From the NCBI GenBank assembly GCA_963632935.1, contig CAVGWA010000005.1, positions 610 to 64,609 on the forward strand: DNA of 64,000 nucleotides, given 5' to 3'. How positions within the stretch are numbered: position 1 is the first letter of the stretch; every line of letters begins with the position of its first letter. Positions 9,026 through 19,565 of the stretch are shown piece after piece. Source of the stretch: Oscillospiraceae bacterium. GTDB lineage: Bacteria > Bacillota_I > Bacilli_A > RF39 > UBA660. The translations under genes and the position numbers were made by a program. Below the pieces are notes generated by a model. The model was not told the origin of the DNA. It worked only from the letters and a program-made list of their open reading frames with translations, and searched no databases.

Positions 9026-9907
9026 AATAAACTTATCTGTCTTTAAAATCATATTAACCATATTATTGATATGTTTACAATTATTATATTCACTATCCCT
9101 AAAATCAATTAATAAAGGCTGACTTATTAAAATAAAAAACAACTCTTTTTCTGAACTTAACAAAGGATAATATTTTTCATATCTCTCAAGTAAAACATCA
9201 AAATCAAAATCTAATCCATGATTCATATATAACTTATAAAGATCAAAAACAGGCGAAGCTATTTTAGCCTTATCCCAACTAATTAAATAAGGTTTATCAG
9301 AAACAAAAAAATGAGATAAATTTAAATTATTATGAATAAAAACCCTACGTTCTTTTCTTTTTTCTTTTATATGTTTATGCCACTTTAAAAGTCTTTTTTT
9401 ATTATCATCAATTGCCTTATAAATAACCGATACATTCCTTGCAAATAACTGCTGATAAGGACTCATATAAACCTTAGATTCAATAAGAGTAATTATATCA
9501 GTATAATATGTATATAAATAATCTAAATTATTATTCAAATCATCAAATATTTGTTCATAATAATCTAAATCAATTTCCTTATAATGAGTCGTTTTAGAAT
9601 GAAGAAGAGCTACTACATGAACTAAATCTAAAATCTTTTGTTCATCTGGAATAGAAAAATCATCAACATATTCCATCAATTGATATTCATCATTAAAATT
9701 AGTTAAATACTTAGGCATATAATCAAAATTACGTGATTTTAAATAATCAAATATCTCTTTATTTAATCTTCCTTCTTTATAAACATATCTTCCATCATCG
9801 GTAGTTACAATTAAACTCCTACCTTTTTTTTCATATCCGCTAGGTTTTAAATTATATTTCTTTAATACCTCATTAACTTTCATGTGCTGGTATAATAACT
9901 TTATCAA
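8993..9907 (-). CDS. CotS/YsxE-family spore coat protein (kinase-like fold)
   Basis: Phosphotransferase-like core IHNNLNLSHFFVSDKPYLISWDKAKIASPVFDLYKLY. It sits directly downstream of a SpoVID-like gene, as ysxE does in Bacillus subtilis. An alternative start at 9880 (MKVNEVL) is possible. Confidence 0.65.
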   Translation of the reverse strand: MIKLLYQHMKVNEVLKKYNLKPSGYEKKGRSLIVTTDDGRYVYKEGRLNKEIFDYLKSRNFDYMPKYLTNFNDEYQLMEYVDDFSIPDEQKILDLVHVVALLHSKTTHYKEIDLDYYEQIFDDLNNNLDYLYTYYTDIITLIESKVYMSPYQQLFARNVSVIYKAIDDNKKRLLKWHKHIKEKRKERRVFIHNNLNLSHFFVSDKPYLISWDKAKIASPVFDLYKLYMNHGLDFDFDVLLERYEKYYPLLSSEKELFFILISQPLLIDFRDSEYNNCKHINNMVNMILKTDKFILPKESKDTNK

Positions 9908-10451
9908 AAACAGTCAAATTATCAAGATCATTATACTCCGCAAGTTTTTCCCTAGTTACACCATATCTCTCAGCAATCGACAAGGCAGTATCATTTTCTA
10001 AAACAACATGAACCTTATAAGTAACATATCTTTCACCATCATCAAGATTAGAAAAAACAGACTTTGATAAATTATCTTCTAAAATAACTTCCTCATTTTC
10101 TTCTTTAACCTCTTCACTTCTTTCATTTTCAATAAGTCCATCAATGGCGACCTCAATATCAATAGAAAGAATTTTATCATCCTTAACCTCATAATAAAAA
10201 TCATTAATATCAATAACAATATTATCAGTATTATACTTTCCATCAATACTTATATCAAATGGTAACTTATATTCAAAATTATCAACAGTCAAACTAGCAG
10301 ATGTCATCTTATAACTACCACTCACCACAAATTCCAAAGAAACCAAATTATTTTCTTTTAATTTTAAACTATGATCTAAAGATATACTATTTACCTGTGC
10401 AATATTAGAATCAAATAAAATATCTTTAGAAAAAGGTACTATTTTTTTCAT
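9873..10451 (-). CDS. spoVID: SpoVID-like spore coat morphogenetic protein (N-terminal SpoVID domain plus C-terminal LysM)
   Basis: The start is set at 10451 (MKKIVPFSKDILFD) with an AGGAGGGG SD. C-terminal LysM is YKVHVVLENDTALSIAERYGVTREKLAEYNDLDNLTVFDKVIIP. An acidic middle region is present. Confidence 0.65.
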   Translation of the reverse strand: MKKIVPFSKDILFDSNIAQVNSISLDHSLKLKENNLVSLEFVVSGSYKMTSASLTVDNFEYKLPFDISIDGKYNTDNIVIDINDFYYEVKDDKILSIDIEVAIDGLIENERSEEVKEENEEVILEDNLSKSVFSNLDDGERYVTYKVHVVLENDTALSIAERYGVTREKLAEYNDLDNLTVFDKVIIPAHES

Positions 10452-10491
10452 ACCAACCCCTCCTAAAAAAATATATGCCATTAATAAAAAA

Positions 10492-11097
10492 TTATACTAA
10501 ACTATCATACAAACTACTTGCATAATCAAAATTAACCTTATTCCAAATATTTTTAAGATAACTATCCTTATCATTTTTATATTTCAAATAATATGCATGT
10601 TCCCATAAATCAACAGTAAAAAGAGGTATTAAATCATAAGAAAAAGGAGTCTCTTGATTAGGAAGATTAATAATAGATAAACTACCAACCTTATCCATAA
10701 CTAAAAAAGTATACCCACTACCAACTAACAACCTAGCCTTCGAAATAAAAATATCTTTAAAACTGTCAAAACTGCCAAACACTTCGCTAATCTTATCAGC
10801 AAGCTTACCACATGGATAAGACTTAACATCAAAAAGCCCTTGAAAATATAAATTGTGATTTAAAACGCCGCCCACATTATATAAAATTGTCCCTCTTTTT
10901 TCCAACGGAAACTCATCAATTCTTTTAGGAATATCCTCTAAAAGAATATCTTTAAATACCAATTTATTTAAATTATCCAAATATTTTTTATGATGTTTAT
11001 TATAATGAATATTAACCGTTTCAGAATCAATATATGGTTCTAAAGCATCATAATCATATGGAAGTTTAATAATATCAAACACAAAATCACCATCCAA
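10492..11097 (-). CDS. sodA: Fe/Mn superoxide dismutase
   Basis: LPYDYDALEPYID, HYNKHHKKY and DLWEHAYYLKYKN motifs. Confidence 0.9.
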   Translation of the reverse strand: MDGDFVFDIIKLPYDYDALEPYIDSETVNIHYNKHHKKYLDNLNKLVFKDILLEDIPKRIDEFPLEKRGTILYNVGGVLNHNLYFQGLFDVKSYPCGKLADKISEVFGSFDSFKDIFISKARLLVGSGYTFLVMDKVGSLSIINLPNQETPFSYDLIPLFTVDLWEHAYYLKYKNDKDSYLKNIWNKVNFDYASSLYDSLV

Positions 11098-11136
11098 TCT
11101 ATCATATTAAAAATCAAAAAAAAGATACCTAAAGTA

Positions 11137-12051
11137 TCATATAAAAATTTTATCAATTTCACTTTTTGGAAGTAACATTTTTATTCCCTTAACTATTTTT
11201 ATCTCATATTCCTTCGATCTATCATTAAGCTCCTCACCATCAATACAAAATCTTTTTTTAGGTCTTTCCTTTAGCTTGATTTTTAAATAATTAGTTTTAA
11301 AAAAATAAAATCCAGGAACCTTTGTAATATCACTAGTTTTAACATAATATAAACTCTTAATAATATCTTTTTTAGAAGAAATATTAGAAACCAAAACCTC
11401 AAACTTATCATCATTCATTTTAACATCTTGTAAAATTTCTAAACCACCCATCCTAGAAGCATTACAAATTAAAATAAATGAATAAAGACCTGTATATTCT
11501 TCACCATTGGCTGTTAAAGTCATTTCAAATAAAGAAGTTTTTCTATTAAATGATTTAATCGCATTTAACATATAAGCTAAATAACCAAAATTTTTCTTTA
11601 AACTTCTTGGAGTATCATATGCAACATTGGTAAACTTACCAAGTCCTGCAACATAAACAAATGGAACATCATTAATCGTACAAATATCTATATCCTTAAT
11701 GGTACCATCCAAAACCAATTTTAAATTTTGAACCGGATTTTTAACCATACCAAACATCGCACCTAAATCATTAGTAGTACCAAATGGAATATGTGTAAGC
11801 AATAATTTTTTATTTCTTTTTAAATTACCATTTACAACCTCATTAAATGTACCATCGCCACCAAAAGAAATAACTAAATCAACATCATCATCAAGATCAA
11901 ATATAATTTTTTTAGCATGTCCTTGATAAGATGTAAATAAAACTTGAACATCATAACTATATTTATTTAAAATCTCTTTAAATTTTGAAATATAAACATC
12001 TTTTTTTTTCTTACCACTATGTGGATTACAAATAACAACACATTTTTTCAT
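11137..12051 (-). CDS. Diacylglycerol/lipid kinase family protein (DagK/YegS-like)
   Basis: IICNPHSGKKK, GGDGTFNEVVNG and PFGTTNDLG motifs. Confidence 0.85.
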   Translation of the reverse strand: MKKCVVICNPHSGKKKKDVYISKFKEILNKYSYDVQVLFTSYQGHAKKIIFDLDDDVDLVISFGGDGTFNEVVNGNLKRNKKLLLTHIPFGTTNDLGAMFGMVKNPVQNLKLVLDGTIKDIDICTINDVPFVYVAGLGKFTNVAYDTPRSLKKNFGYLAYMLNAIKSFNRKTSLFEMTLTANGEEYTGLYSFILICNASRMGGLEILQDVKMNDDKFEVLVSNISSKKDIIKSLYYVKTSDITKVPGFYFFKTNYLKIKLKERPKKRFCIDGEELNDRSKEYEIKIVKGIKMLLPKSEIDKIFI

Positions 12052-12089
12052 TATATCACCTAATTCATCATATAATATATATGTGAAAT

Positions 12090-12533
12090 TTATATATTAT
12101 TAATTTTTTTATCAATTTGTTCAAAAAGAATCGAAAAATTTTCATCATCCTTATAAAATGTTGACAAAGCCCTTTTTGCCTTAATTAAATCAGATTTATT
12201 ACAAGAAGAAATCCAATCATCAAATTTACCTTTTGTATAATTTAAATACATATTCAAAAAGGAAGCATCTTCACTTTCATGTACATATGTAGTTAAAGTT
12301 AAAGTTAATCTTTGAATAATTAAATTATCTTCAAAAAAACTTAAAATTTCTAAAATTTCATAAATTTTTTCATATTCCAAATCATTAATATAATTATCTA
12401 AAGTATTATTCTTAAAAGCTTCCTTCATTTCATCTAAAATTACTTTATTAGAATTTAATAAACCTTTTCTTTTTTTAAATACCTCATCATCACATTCTTT
12501 TAAAATAAAATCATCAAACACTCTATCTACCAC
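12090..12533 (-). CDS. Hypothetical protein, tandem paralogue A
   Basis: 147-aa ORF, apparently cytoplasmic and helical. It shares blocks with the adjacent ORF (NTLDNYINDLEYEKIYEILEILSFFE vs NAIDSYISKCSYDELCEVWDIMAFMK; FDDWISS...LIKAKRALSTF vs FMNWLES...LRMLKKALFTF). Confidence 0.5.
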   Translation of the reverse strand: MVDRVFDDFILKECDDEVFKKRKGLLNSNKVILDEMKEAFKNNTLDNYINDLEYEKIYEILEILSFFEDNLIIQRLTLTLTTYVHESEDASFLNMYLNYTKGKFDDWISSCNKSDLIKAKRALSTFYKDDENFSILFEQIDKKINNI

Positions 12534-13005
12534 CCTTTAGTTTTTCATAATAGATATTTATCTTTTCTTCCATCAAAATATATTTATCATCCTTATTATC
12601 ATTTCCAAAATTAAATGTAAATAATGCTTTTTTTAACATCCTAAGTTCCTGCATGCTTAAGCTCTCAAGCCAATTCATAAAATTATTTTCATCAATATTT
12701 TTAATCATATCAATAAATATATCACCTTCATATTCATGAATCTTAGAAACAACTTTACCAATAACTTCATAATAATCATATTTCATAAAAGCCATAATAT
12801 CCCAAACTTCACATAGTTCATCATAGCTACATTTAGAAATATAACTATCAATCGCATTCTCATTATAAGCCTTTATTAAATCTTTCAAAATTTTATAACA
12901 ATGAACTCTTTTTTTATTTTCATGGTAAACTTTTTTAACATCATCTATATAATAAATACCATTATCATCCTTTACGCCTACCATATTAATTTTAAAATTT
13001 TCCAT
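12523..13005 (-). CDS. Hypothetical protein, tandem paralogue B
   Basis: The start is set at ATG 13005 (MENFKINMVG) with a GAGGGA SD; the ORF track starts at 13062. It overlaps paralogue A by 11 nt. Confidence 0.5.
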   Translation of the reverse strand: MENFKINMVGVKDDNGIYYIDDVKKVYHENKKRVHCYKILKDLIKAYNENAIDSYISKCSYDELCEVWDIMAFMKYDYYEVIGKVVSKIHEYEGDIFIDMIKNIDENNFMNWLESLSMQELRMLKKALFTFNFGNDNKDDKYILMEEKINIYYEKLKGGR

Positions 13006-13147
13006 AATATAATCCCTCAAAGATATAATAATATTTACAAGGAAAAAAGTCAAATCTGACATAGCACTTAAAAAATAATATCTTTATTATGATTTTTTTA
13101 GCAGTTGTCATACAAATTAAAAAGAAAGTCAAAGATAGTACTACTCA

Positions 13148-13357
13148 CTAAATAAAAATATTTAATTGTGAATATTTAAGTCTGTATTCAACAAGTGATA
13201 AATATCCAAGTTTCTTTTGAATTGCAAATTTTAATCTTACTGTTCCACAACCAGATATTCCATATTTGTTATTTAAATAAAATATAGTCGCCCTTGATTT
13301 AAATTCTTTTACTATTTTGACTTTATCATTCAAAGTCCATTTCTTATGTTTTTCCAC
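13148..13357 (-). pseudogene. Internally deleted IS3-family transposase remnant (OrfA HTH start fused to OrfB C-terminal tail)
   Basis: 69-aa ORF. KKWTLNDKVKIVKEF...LNNKYGIS resembles the IS3 OrfA N-terminal HTH. The C-terminus KKLGYLSLVEYRLKY resembles the conserved end of IS3 OrfB (LGY.SP.EYR). The DDE core is absent. Confidence 0.45.
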
Positions 13358-13463
13358 GAAAAAAACACCTTCAAAACTCTTTCTAAATATATTTTAACAC
13401 ATTTACATGTTTCTTTTTATTTAATGTGAGCTTTAAAGGTATTATAATCAATTGACTTCCTTT

Positions 13464-14504
13464 TTAAAAATTACTTCTTTTTCTAAGGAATGCTGGTATA
13501 ACAGTGTCTTCATCATCTAAACCAGAAATAGGTGTTATATCTTCTTCCTTTTTTTCTTTGGCTTGATCAAATCCAGTTGCAATAACTGTTACAATTAATT
13601 CATCTGTAAAATTTTCATTAATAACGGCACCAAATATTGTATTAATGTCAGTATTAGCTGATTTTCTTACTGCTTCTACTGCTTCTTCAACTTCAAATAA
13701 AGTTAAGTTTGGACCACCTGTAACATTGATAATTGCATCAGTTGCTCCATCAATACTAGTTTCTAAAAGTGGACTTAAAACCGCTTGATTAGCAGCTTCT
13801 ACTGCTCTATCTTCGCCAACACCTGCACCAATACCAATTAGGGCATTTCCACGTTTTTCCATTACTGTTTTTACATCAGCAAAATCCAAGTTAATTAATC
13901 CAGGACATGCAATTAAATCTGAAATAGATTGAACACCACGGCGAAGTACATTATCAACTTCTTTGAATGAATCAAGAAGTGGTGTTGATTTATCAATAAT
14001 TTCTCTTAATCTATCATTAGGAACAACAATTAATGTATCTACATGTTTTTTTAATTCCTCAATACCGTCTAAGGCTTGTGTCATTCTCTTTTTACCTTCG
14101 AAAGAAAACGGTTTTGTAACAATGCCAATTGTTAAGGCACCTGAATTTTGAGCAATATCTGCGATAACAGGAGCAGCACCGGTTCCAGTTCCACCACCCA
14201 TACCACAAGTGATAAATACCATATCAGCTCCTTTTAATGCTTCTTCTAGTTCTGTTTTAGATTCTAAAGCTGCTTCTTTACCAATTTGTGGATTTGCTCC
14301 AGCACCAAGGCCATGAGTAAGTTCAGTTCCTATTTGTATTTTATTTTCAGCCATTGAATTGTTAAGCACTTGTGAGTCTGTATTTGCAACTATAAATTCA
14401 ACGCCTTCTACTGATTCTATCATTCTATTGACGGCATTACATCCTCCGCCACCGACACCAATTACTTTTATTTTTGCTAATTGATCCATTTCAATTCCCA
14501 TCAT
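13464..14504 (-). CDS. ftsZ: Cell division protein FtsZ
   Basis: [32 protein letters not shown] and NLDFADVKT motifs. AGGAGG SD 7 nt upstream. Confidence 0.97.
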   Translation of the reverse strand: MMGIEMDQLAKIKVIGVGGGGCNAVNRMIESVEGVEFIVANTDSQVLNNSMAENKIQIGTELTHGLGAGANPQIGKEAALESKTELEEALKGADMVFITCGMGGGTGTGAAPVIADIAQNSGALTIGIVTKPFSFEGKKRMTQALDGIEELKKHVDTLIVVPNDRLREIIDKSTPLLDSFKEVDNVLRRGVQSISDLIACPGLINLDFADVKTVMEKRGNALIGIGAGVGEDRAVEAANQAVLSPLLETSIDGATDAIINVTGGPNLTLFEVEEAVEAVRKSANTDINTIFGAVINENFTDELIVTVIATGFDQAKEKKEEDITPISGLDDEDTVIPAFLRKRSNF

Positions 14505-14515
14505 TATAATTCCTC

Positions 14516-15745
14516 CTATTCGCCAAAAAAGTATCCAAATACTTTTCCAAGCATTGTGTTATCTGAAATATTTTGTTTAGGCGATGAAATTTCATCCATA
14601 TCATTTTCACTAAACATGGAATAGTTCATTCCTTTTAATTTTAATGTATTTAGAAAATAAATTATATTTCCAATTACGGTACTATATTTATTATCCCTTA
14701 CACCGATTAATTTAACAGTCCCTTTATTAGCTACTGGCAAAACATCGTTTAAACAGCTTTCAAAATCCAACATATTACTGACACCACCAGTTACTATTAT
14801 ATACTGAATTGGCTTATTTGTTAAGTCATTTAACGTATTTTTTGCTAAAGTTAATGTCTCTTCAATCCTACTCATAACAACTTCTGAAGCGGCTGATTGG
14901 TTAATTTTTATTTTTACATTATCAATATTTAACGTTTCATATACTTCATTATTATTGGCATTTTTTTTATGAGCTAAGGCAAATTTTTCTTTTATTTTTT
15001 TTGCTTCATTAATGTCAATTTTATACATGTATGCTAGATCACGTTCAATATCTTTTCCACCTGTACCAATTATTTTTGTGCTTACAGGAATTGATTTATT
15101 ATATAAAGATACTGTTGTGACTTCTGCACCTATATTAATAATTGCACTTATTGAATTATCTAAGAATTCATTTTTAAAACAATTGATATCACCAATGCTT
15201 CCCACTGAAATATCAACAATTTCTATACCTAGACTTTCTATGATACTAGCTACTGAATATACATTTTTCTTTGGTGTTGTTACCATCATTGCTCTTCCCA
15301 TTAAAACGGTTCCAGGGAAACCTTTTGGATCTTTCATAACTGTTTTACCATTTATTTTAAAGTCAATTGGAACAACGGTTACGAATTCTTCGTTTGGTAA
15401 TATATTTTTCTTTATTCCATCCTTATAGGAATTTATCATATCACTAGCTGTAATTAGGTCGCCCACTACTTTGCACTCACCTTTGATAATTTTATATTCA
15501 GCCATATGATTAGGAATACTAACGATGATTTTTTTTATTTTTACTCCAAGCATATCTTCAACATCTTTTAAAGCAAGCATAATAGATTTTTTTGTTAAAT
15601 CAGGTTCAACAATTAAACCCTTTTTTATTCCCCGTGAAGGTATAGTAGATGCTGCAAGTAAGTTTAAATGATTTTGATAAAGTTCACAAACTACAAGTTT
15701 AATTGAATCACTACCAAGTTCCATACTTGCGTAAACCTGTTCCAT
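14516..15745 (-). CDS. ftsA: Cell division protein FtsA
   Basis: Actin-like ATPase. Motifs: [27 protein letters not shown] and VTGGVSNM. It lies immediately upstream of ftsZ. Confidence 0.95.
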   Translation of the reverse strand: MEQVYASMELGSDSIKLVVCELYQNHLNLLAASTIPSRGIKKGLIVEPDLTKKSIMLALKDVEDMLGVKIKKIIVSIPNHMAEYKIIKGECKVVGDLITASDMINSYKDGIKKNILPNEEFVTVVPIDFKINGKTVMKDPKGFPGTVLMGRAMMVTTPKKNVYSVASIIESLGIEIVDISVGSIGDINCFKNEFLDNSISAIINIGAEVTTVSLYNKSIPVSTKIIGTGGKDIERDLAYMYKIDINEAKKIKEKFALAHKKNANNNEVYETLNIDNVKIKINQSAASEVVMSRIEETLTLAKNTLNDLTNKPIQYIIVTGGVSNMLDFESCLNDVLPVANKGTVKLIGVRDNKYSTVIGNIIYFLNTLKLKGMNYSMFSENDMDEISSPKQNISDNTMLGKVFGYFFGE

Positions 15746-15773
15746 AACATCATCCTCCTACGGTCTATCATTA

Positions 15774-15801
15774 ATTATACTATAATTTTACCTTATTGCA
15801 A
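15774..15801 (-). promoter_or_regulatory. Sigma-A-type promoter for ftsA-ftsZ
   Basis: On the minus strand: TTGCAA (15796-15801), a 16-nt spacer, then TATAAT (15774-15779). It lies about 28 nt upstream of the ftsA start. Confidence 0.45.
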
Positions 15802-15839
15802 AGAAAATGTAAATTAAAATTGCTCTTTAAACTTATTTT

Positions 15840-16514
15840 TTATTCTTTTACTTCAAAATATTCACCTGAGTCTAAATATAAAATTCCTTTTTTATTGTTA
15901 AATTCTTTAATTATTGTCAAATAATTATCAAGACTTGAAAATTTATTTAGTGTTAAGTAAACCTGATTACCATCGTTCATGGTAAGAAAAAATCTTCCAC
16001 TGTCAACTTCATTAGGGTCATATTTTATTTCTGAAATTCTTTTTACGATTGGATAATCAATTTTTGAAATTGCTTTTAAAAATTTTGTATACGTTTTATC
16101 AGGTATATAGTTTATAACGGTTGGTACTGAAAAGTTATCATCGGTTTCTGTTTTATCTTTCAATATTGTTTTTTGTTTTGGCAAGTAATAAAATAAAGGC
16201 AAGTTTTCTTCAACTTCAATGACTATGTTGTTAAAGTTTCTTTTTTTTACTTTAGCAGTTTTTATATATATATCTTTTTCTAAGGCTTTTTCTACATTTA
16301 TGGATAAAGTTTTTATACAGCTTGGATAATCTGAAAGTCCAGATTTTTTAATTATTTCCCAGTCAGTATATAAAACATTATTTTTTACAACTATATTGTT
16401 AATTTTTACATCAGTTAAAAAAGCAAACATAAGTAGTGCTAATGATGTTATTAAAAAAACAATTAGTATATTTTTTATTTTTAGTTTTCTTTTTTTCTTT
16501 GATTTTTTTGCCAC
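15840..16514 (-). CDS. divIB: Cell division protein DivIB/FtsQ (POTRA)
   Basis: Basic N-terminus, a single TM segment, then a POTRA-like region (INNIVVKNNVLYTDWEIIKKSGL). It sits between murG and ftsA. Confidence 0.8.
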   Translation of the reverse strand: MAKKSKKKRKLKIKNILIVFLITSLALLMFAFLTDVKINNIVVKNNVLYTDWEIIKKSGLSDYPSCIKTLSINVEKALEKDIYIKTAKVKKRNFNNIVIEVEENLPLFYYLPKQKTILKDKTETDDNFSVPTVINYIPDKTYTKFLKAISKIDYPIVKRISEIKYDPNEVDSGRFFLTMNDGNQVYLTLNKFSSLDNYLTIIKEFNNKKGILYLDSGEYFEVKE

Positions 16515-16526
16515 AAAACCACCTTT

Positions 16527-17600
16527 TTATTCTATTATTTTTTTTATTGCATTATATATAATTTCAGCACTATCTTTTATTAACATTTTGTCTAGGTTTT
16601 TTTTAATTTTTATACATTTATCTTGATTATTTATTAGTTCATCTATGGTATTTACTAGTTTGTTTTCTTTTAAATCTTTTTCTTCAATCATTAATGCGGC
16701 ATCATTATTTATTAAATCTATGGCATTTAAATATTGATGGTTATTAGCCACAAAAGGTGATGGAATTAGTATTGATGGAACTTTAAGGGAAATTATTTCG
16801 CTTAAGGTAGAGGCTCCTGCTCTTGAAACCATTACATCGGTTTTTTTCATAATACTAGTAAGTCCTTCATAAAATGGTAATATTTTAACATTTGATGGAT
16901 ATTTATTTTTATTTACTTCATCGTATGAACTTTTTCCTGTGATAAATAATACTTCATAATTTTTTCCTTCAAAGTTTTTAAGCTCATTTTCTAGGTATTT
17001 ACTAACTCTTGAAGCTCCAAGTGAACCCATTACAATTAAAACTAATTTTTTGTTTGGATTTAAATTTAATTTCCTTTTGTCTACTTCTTTAACTGTTTGT
17101 GCGAGTTCACTGCAAGGATTTCCTGTAACTATAGTTTTATTTTGTGGTAGTTTTTTTTGTGAGGAAGCAAATGATACGCCTATCATATCACAATATTTAC
17201 TTAAAAATTTGTTTGATTTTCCTGGAAGCGAATTTTGTTCATGTAAAAATGTTTTATAACCTAATTTTTTTGCACTAATGATTACTGGTACTGTTACGTA
17301 ACCACCTACTCCTATAACAATATCAGGGTTAAATTCTTTAATCATTTTTTTACAATCTTTATATGCTTTAATTAAGCATTTAAAAGTTTTTATGTTTTTA
17401 AGTGGTTTTTTACTAAAACCGTATATTTCAACTGTTTTAAATGGAATTTTTTTTGCTGGTACGATATCTTTTTCCATACGATTATGTGTGCCTATGTATA
17501 AAAATTCACTATTGGGTTCTTTTTGTTTTATTTTTTCAATTATTGCTAATGCAGGATATATGTGTCCACCTGTTCCACCAGCACTTATTACTACTCTCAT
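16527..17600 (-). CDS. murG: UDP-N-acetylglucosamine--N-acetylmuramyl-(pentapeptide) pyrophosphoryl-undecaprenol GlcNAc transferase MurG
   Basis: ISAGGTGGHIYPALAI, GVGGYVTVP and SRAGASTLSEI motifs. Confidence 0.93.
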   Translation of the reverse strand: MRVVISAGGTGGHIYPALAIIEKIKQKEPNSEFLYIGTHNRMEKDIVPAKKIPFKTVEIYGFSKKPLKNIKTFKCLIKAYKDCKKMIKEFNPDIVIGVGGYVTVPVIISAKKLGYKTFLHEQNSLPGKSNKFLSKYCDMIGVSFASSQKKLPQNKTIVTGNPCSELAQTVKEVDKRKLNLNPNKKLVLIVMGSLGASRVSKYLENELKNFEGKNYEVLFITGKSSYDEVNKNKYPSNVKILPFYEGLTSIMKKTDVMVSRAGASTLSEIISLKVPSILIPSPFVANNHQYLNAIDLINNDAALMIEEKDLKENKLVNTIDELINNQDKCIKIKKNLDKMLIKDSAEIIYNAIKKIIE

Positions 17601-17666
17601 CTCATCACATCCTTGTAATTATTATATATCATAATTATATTTAATCGCAAGTAAATAAATACGTAT

Positions 17667-19565
17667 TTAAAAAATATCACTTTTTATATTAACAATTAAA
17701 CTTTCTTTTTTTAAAGAATGATGGCTTAAAATCATGCATAAAGTTACGATGATAAAACAAATTAATAAACTTATTAATAAAATTTTATAATCAAAAATTG
17801 GCATTTTTACATTAAATATTTTTCCAAGATTTTCATATAAAAATTTGAAAACAAGTAAAATAAATGGTAAGGCATATATAAATGATTTTATCGTTATTAT
17901 TAAACTCTCTAGGCACAAGATTTCACTTATTTTTTTATTTGCAAGTCCAAAGCTTTTTAAGGAGGCAAGTTCTTTTTTCCTAAATTTAATGCTTGCAGAT
18001 ACAATATTTAATATCGTTGTTATACAGATAAATATTATAATCATTATGATTAAAAATACAAATATTTTAATTAATAAAATAAAGTTTTTGATAAATTGTT
18101 TGCTTTTTTTCACATTGCTATAACTTAATGAAATATCATGCTTTTTTGCATATTCATTTATAATATTGTCTAGTTTTTGTTTATTCGTTTCAAGAAATGC
18201 GGTGGTGATATGATTTGGACAAAATGTGAGAAAGTTTTCTTCATCTAAATTTAATATTACGTTATCACTTTTTAAGTTAGTTTTAAAACCATATGGTATT
18301 TTATTTGTTAGTTTTATGTTTAGAGTTTTTTCATTTATTGTAATTTGCTTTAGGTTTTTAAAAGGAATATAATCTTCTTTTTTCATTATTTCATTTTCTG
18401 TTATTACTTGTGATACCTTATTTACAATTTCATTATTACCCAAGTTTGTAATTGTTGCATTTTGATAGTTTTTATTATAATTTTGCTTGTTTATTTTTAT
18501 TGTAGCAGCACATGAAGAATATATTATAATTTTTTTTGGATTAAATTTTTTGCTAATATTTTTTATTTGTTTTTCTTCTTCTGAAATTAGTGCTAAATCA
18601 TACTGAGGAATCATTATATAATCATCAATTATTTTTATTGTATATTTTGCAAATGAAATGGTTGTATTAAAAAGAAAAAATAAAACAAAAATACATATAA
18701 TTAAACTTTTATACTTTTTTCTTTCTCGTTTATAATTAATTAAAGAATAACTTAAGATGTAGTTTTTTTTTAAATTATAACCTTCTATATTTTCATTTGT
18801 ATGATAAATTATGGTTTTTTTTATATTTTTAAGTGGCATTATTGAGGATATGATTATAATTAAAAACATAAAAAATGTCGGGATTATAATAAAACTAATA
18901 TATATTGAAAATTTTAATTTTTCTTTAAAAAATTCACATAATAGTACGTTAATTACTTTTATTAATATACAATTTAAAATTATACACATTAAAAATCCTA
19001 TAATTATTCCTGCTAGTCCAACTATAATTCCTTGTAGAAAATATATTTTATATAAATCTATATTACTCGCACCACTTATTTTAAGTAGAAATATATCTTT
19101 TTGTTGTTTTAAAATTGATATGTTGAAGGAGTTATATATGATAAAAAAAACTGATATTGATAATATTAATACTAATGTAATTATTATTTTTTTTAATGTA
19201 TTAAGAAGGTTTTCATCATTGTTTACTCCATATAGGGAAAGTAATTTACTATTATAGGTTATTTTCTCACATTTGTTTTTTTTACATATATTTTCTGTAT
19301 TTTCATATACTTTTTTTATATCTTTAAATTGGATATAATATTCATTTTCTTTTTTTATATTTAGGATTGTTTTATTTTTGGTTATGTTTCCTACTATTTT
19401 AACATGATAGGTACCAATATTTTTCTTTACATCTTCAATCATAAAATTTCTAAATGATGAAAATAATATACTGATGCTAAATAGTAAAATACTAGCTAAT
19501 ATGGTTCCAACAAGCATAGCAATTGTTTGTTTTTTATTATGTTTTAGATATTTAAAACTTATCAT
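17667..19565 (-). CDS. ABC transporter permease, FtsX/BceB-like (two FtsX modules with a roughly 200-aa extracytoplasmic loop)
   Basis: 632 aa with multiple TM helices, a large hydrophilic region in the middle, and FtsX-like segments (LKISGASNIDLYKIYFLQG; LKSFGLANKKISEILCLES). It overlaps the ATPase gene by 14 nt. Confidence 0.8.
   Translation of the reverse strand: MISFKYLKHNKKQTIAMLVGTILASILLFSISILFSSFRNFMIEDVKKNIGTYHVKIVGNITKNKTILNIKKENEYYIQFKDIKKVYENTENICKKNKCEKITYNSKLLSLYGVNNDENLLNTLKKIIITLVLILSISVFFIIYNSFNISILKQQKDIFLLKISGASNIDLYKIYFLQGIIVGLAGIIIGFLMCIILNCILIKVINVLLCEFFKEKLKFSIYISFIIIPTFFMFLIIIISSIMPLKNIKKTIIYHTNENIEGYNLKKNYILSYSLINYKRERKKYKSLIICIFVLFFLFNTTISFAKYTIKIIDDYIMIPQYDLALISEEEKQIKNISKKFNPKKIIIYSSCAATIKINKQNYNKNYQNATITNLGNNEIVNKVSQVITENEIMKKEDYIPFKNLKQITINEKTLNIKLTNKIPYGFKTNLKSDNVILNLDEENFLTFCPNHITTAFLETNKQKLDNIINEYAKKHDISLSYSNVKKSKQFIKNFILLIKIFVFLIIMIIIFICITTILNIVSASIKFRKKELASLKSFGLANKKISEILCLESLIITIKSFIYALPFILLVFKFLYENLGKIFNVKMPIFDYKILLISLLICFIIVTLCMILSHHSLKKESLIVNIKSDIF

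Noticed and set aside
12001-12009. A T9 homopolymer (A9 on the coding strand, encoding KKK) near the 5' end of the dagK-like gene as a phase-variation switch.
   Set aside because: Such runs are common in Lys-rich, AT-rich genes, the frame is intact, and nothing about the gene's function suggests phase variation.
14519-14525. TTCGCCA (reverse complement TGGCGAA), a second 0A-box-like heptamer between ftsA and ftsZ.
   Set aside because: It is a single degenerate heptamer lying in the last codons of ftsA, with no supporting promoter context.
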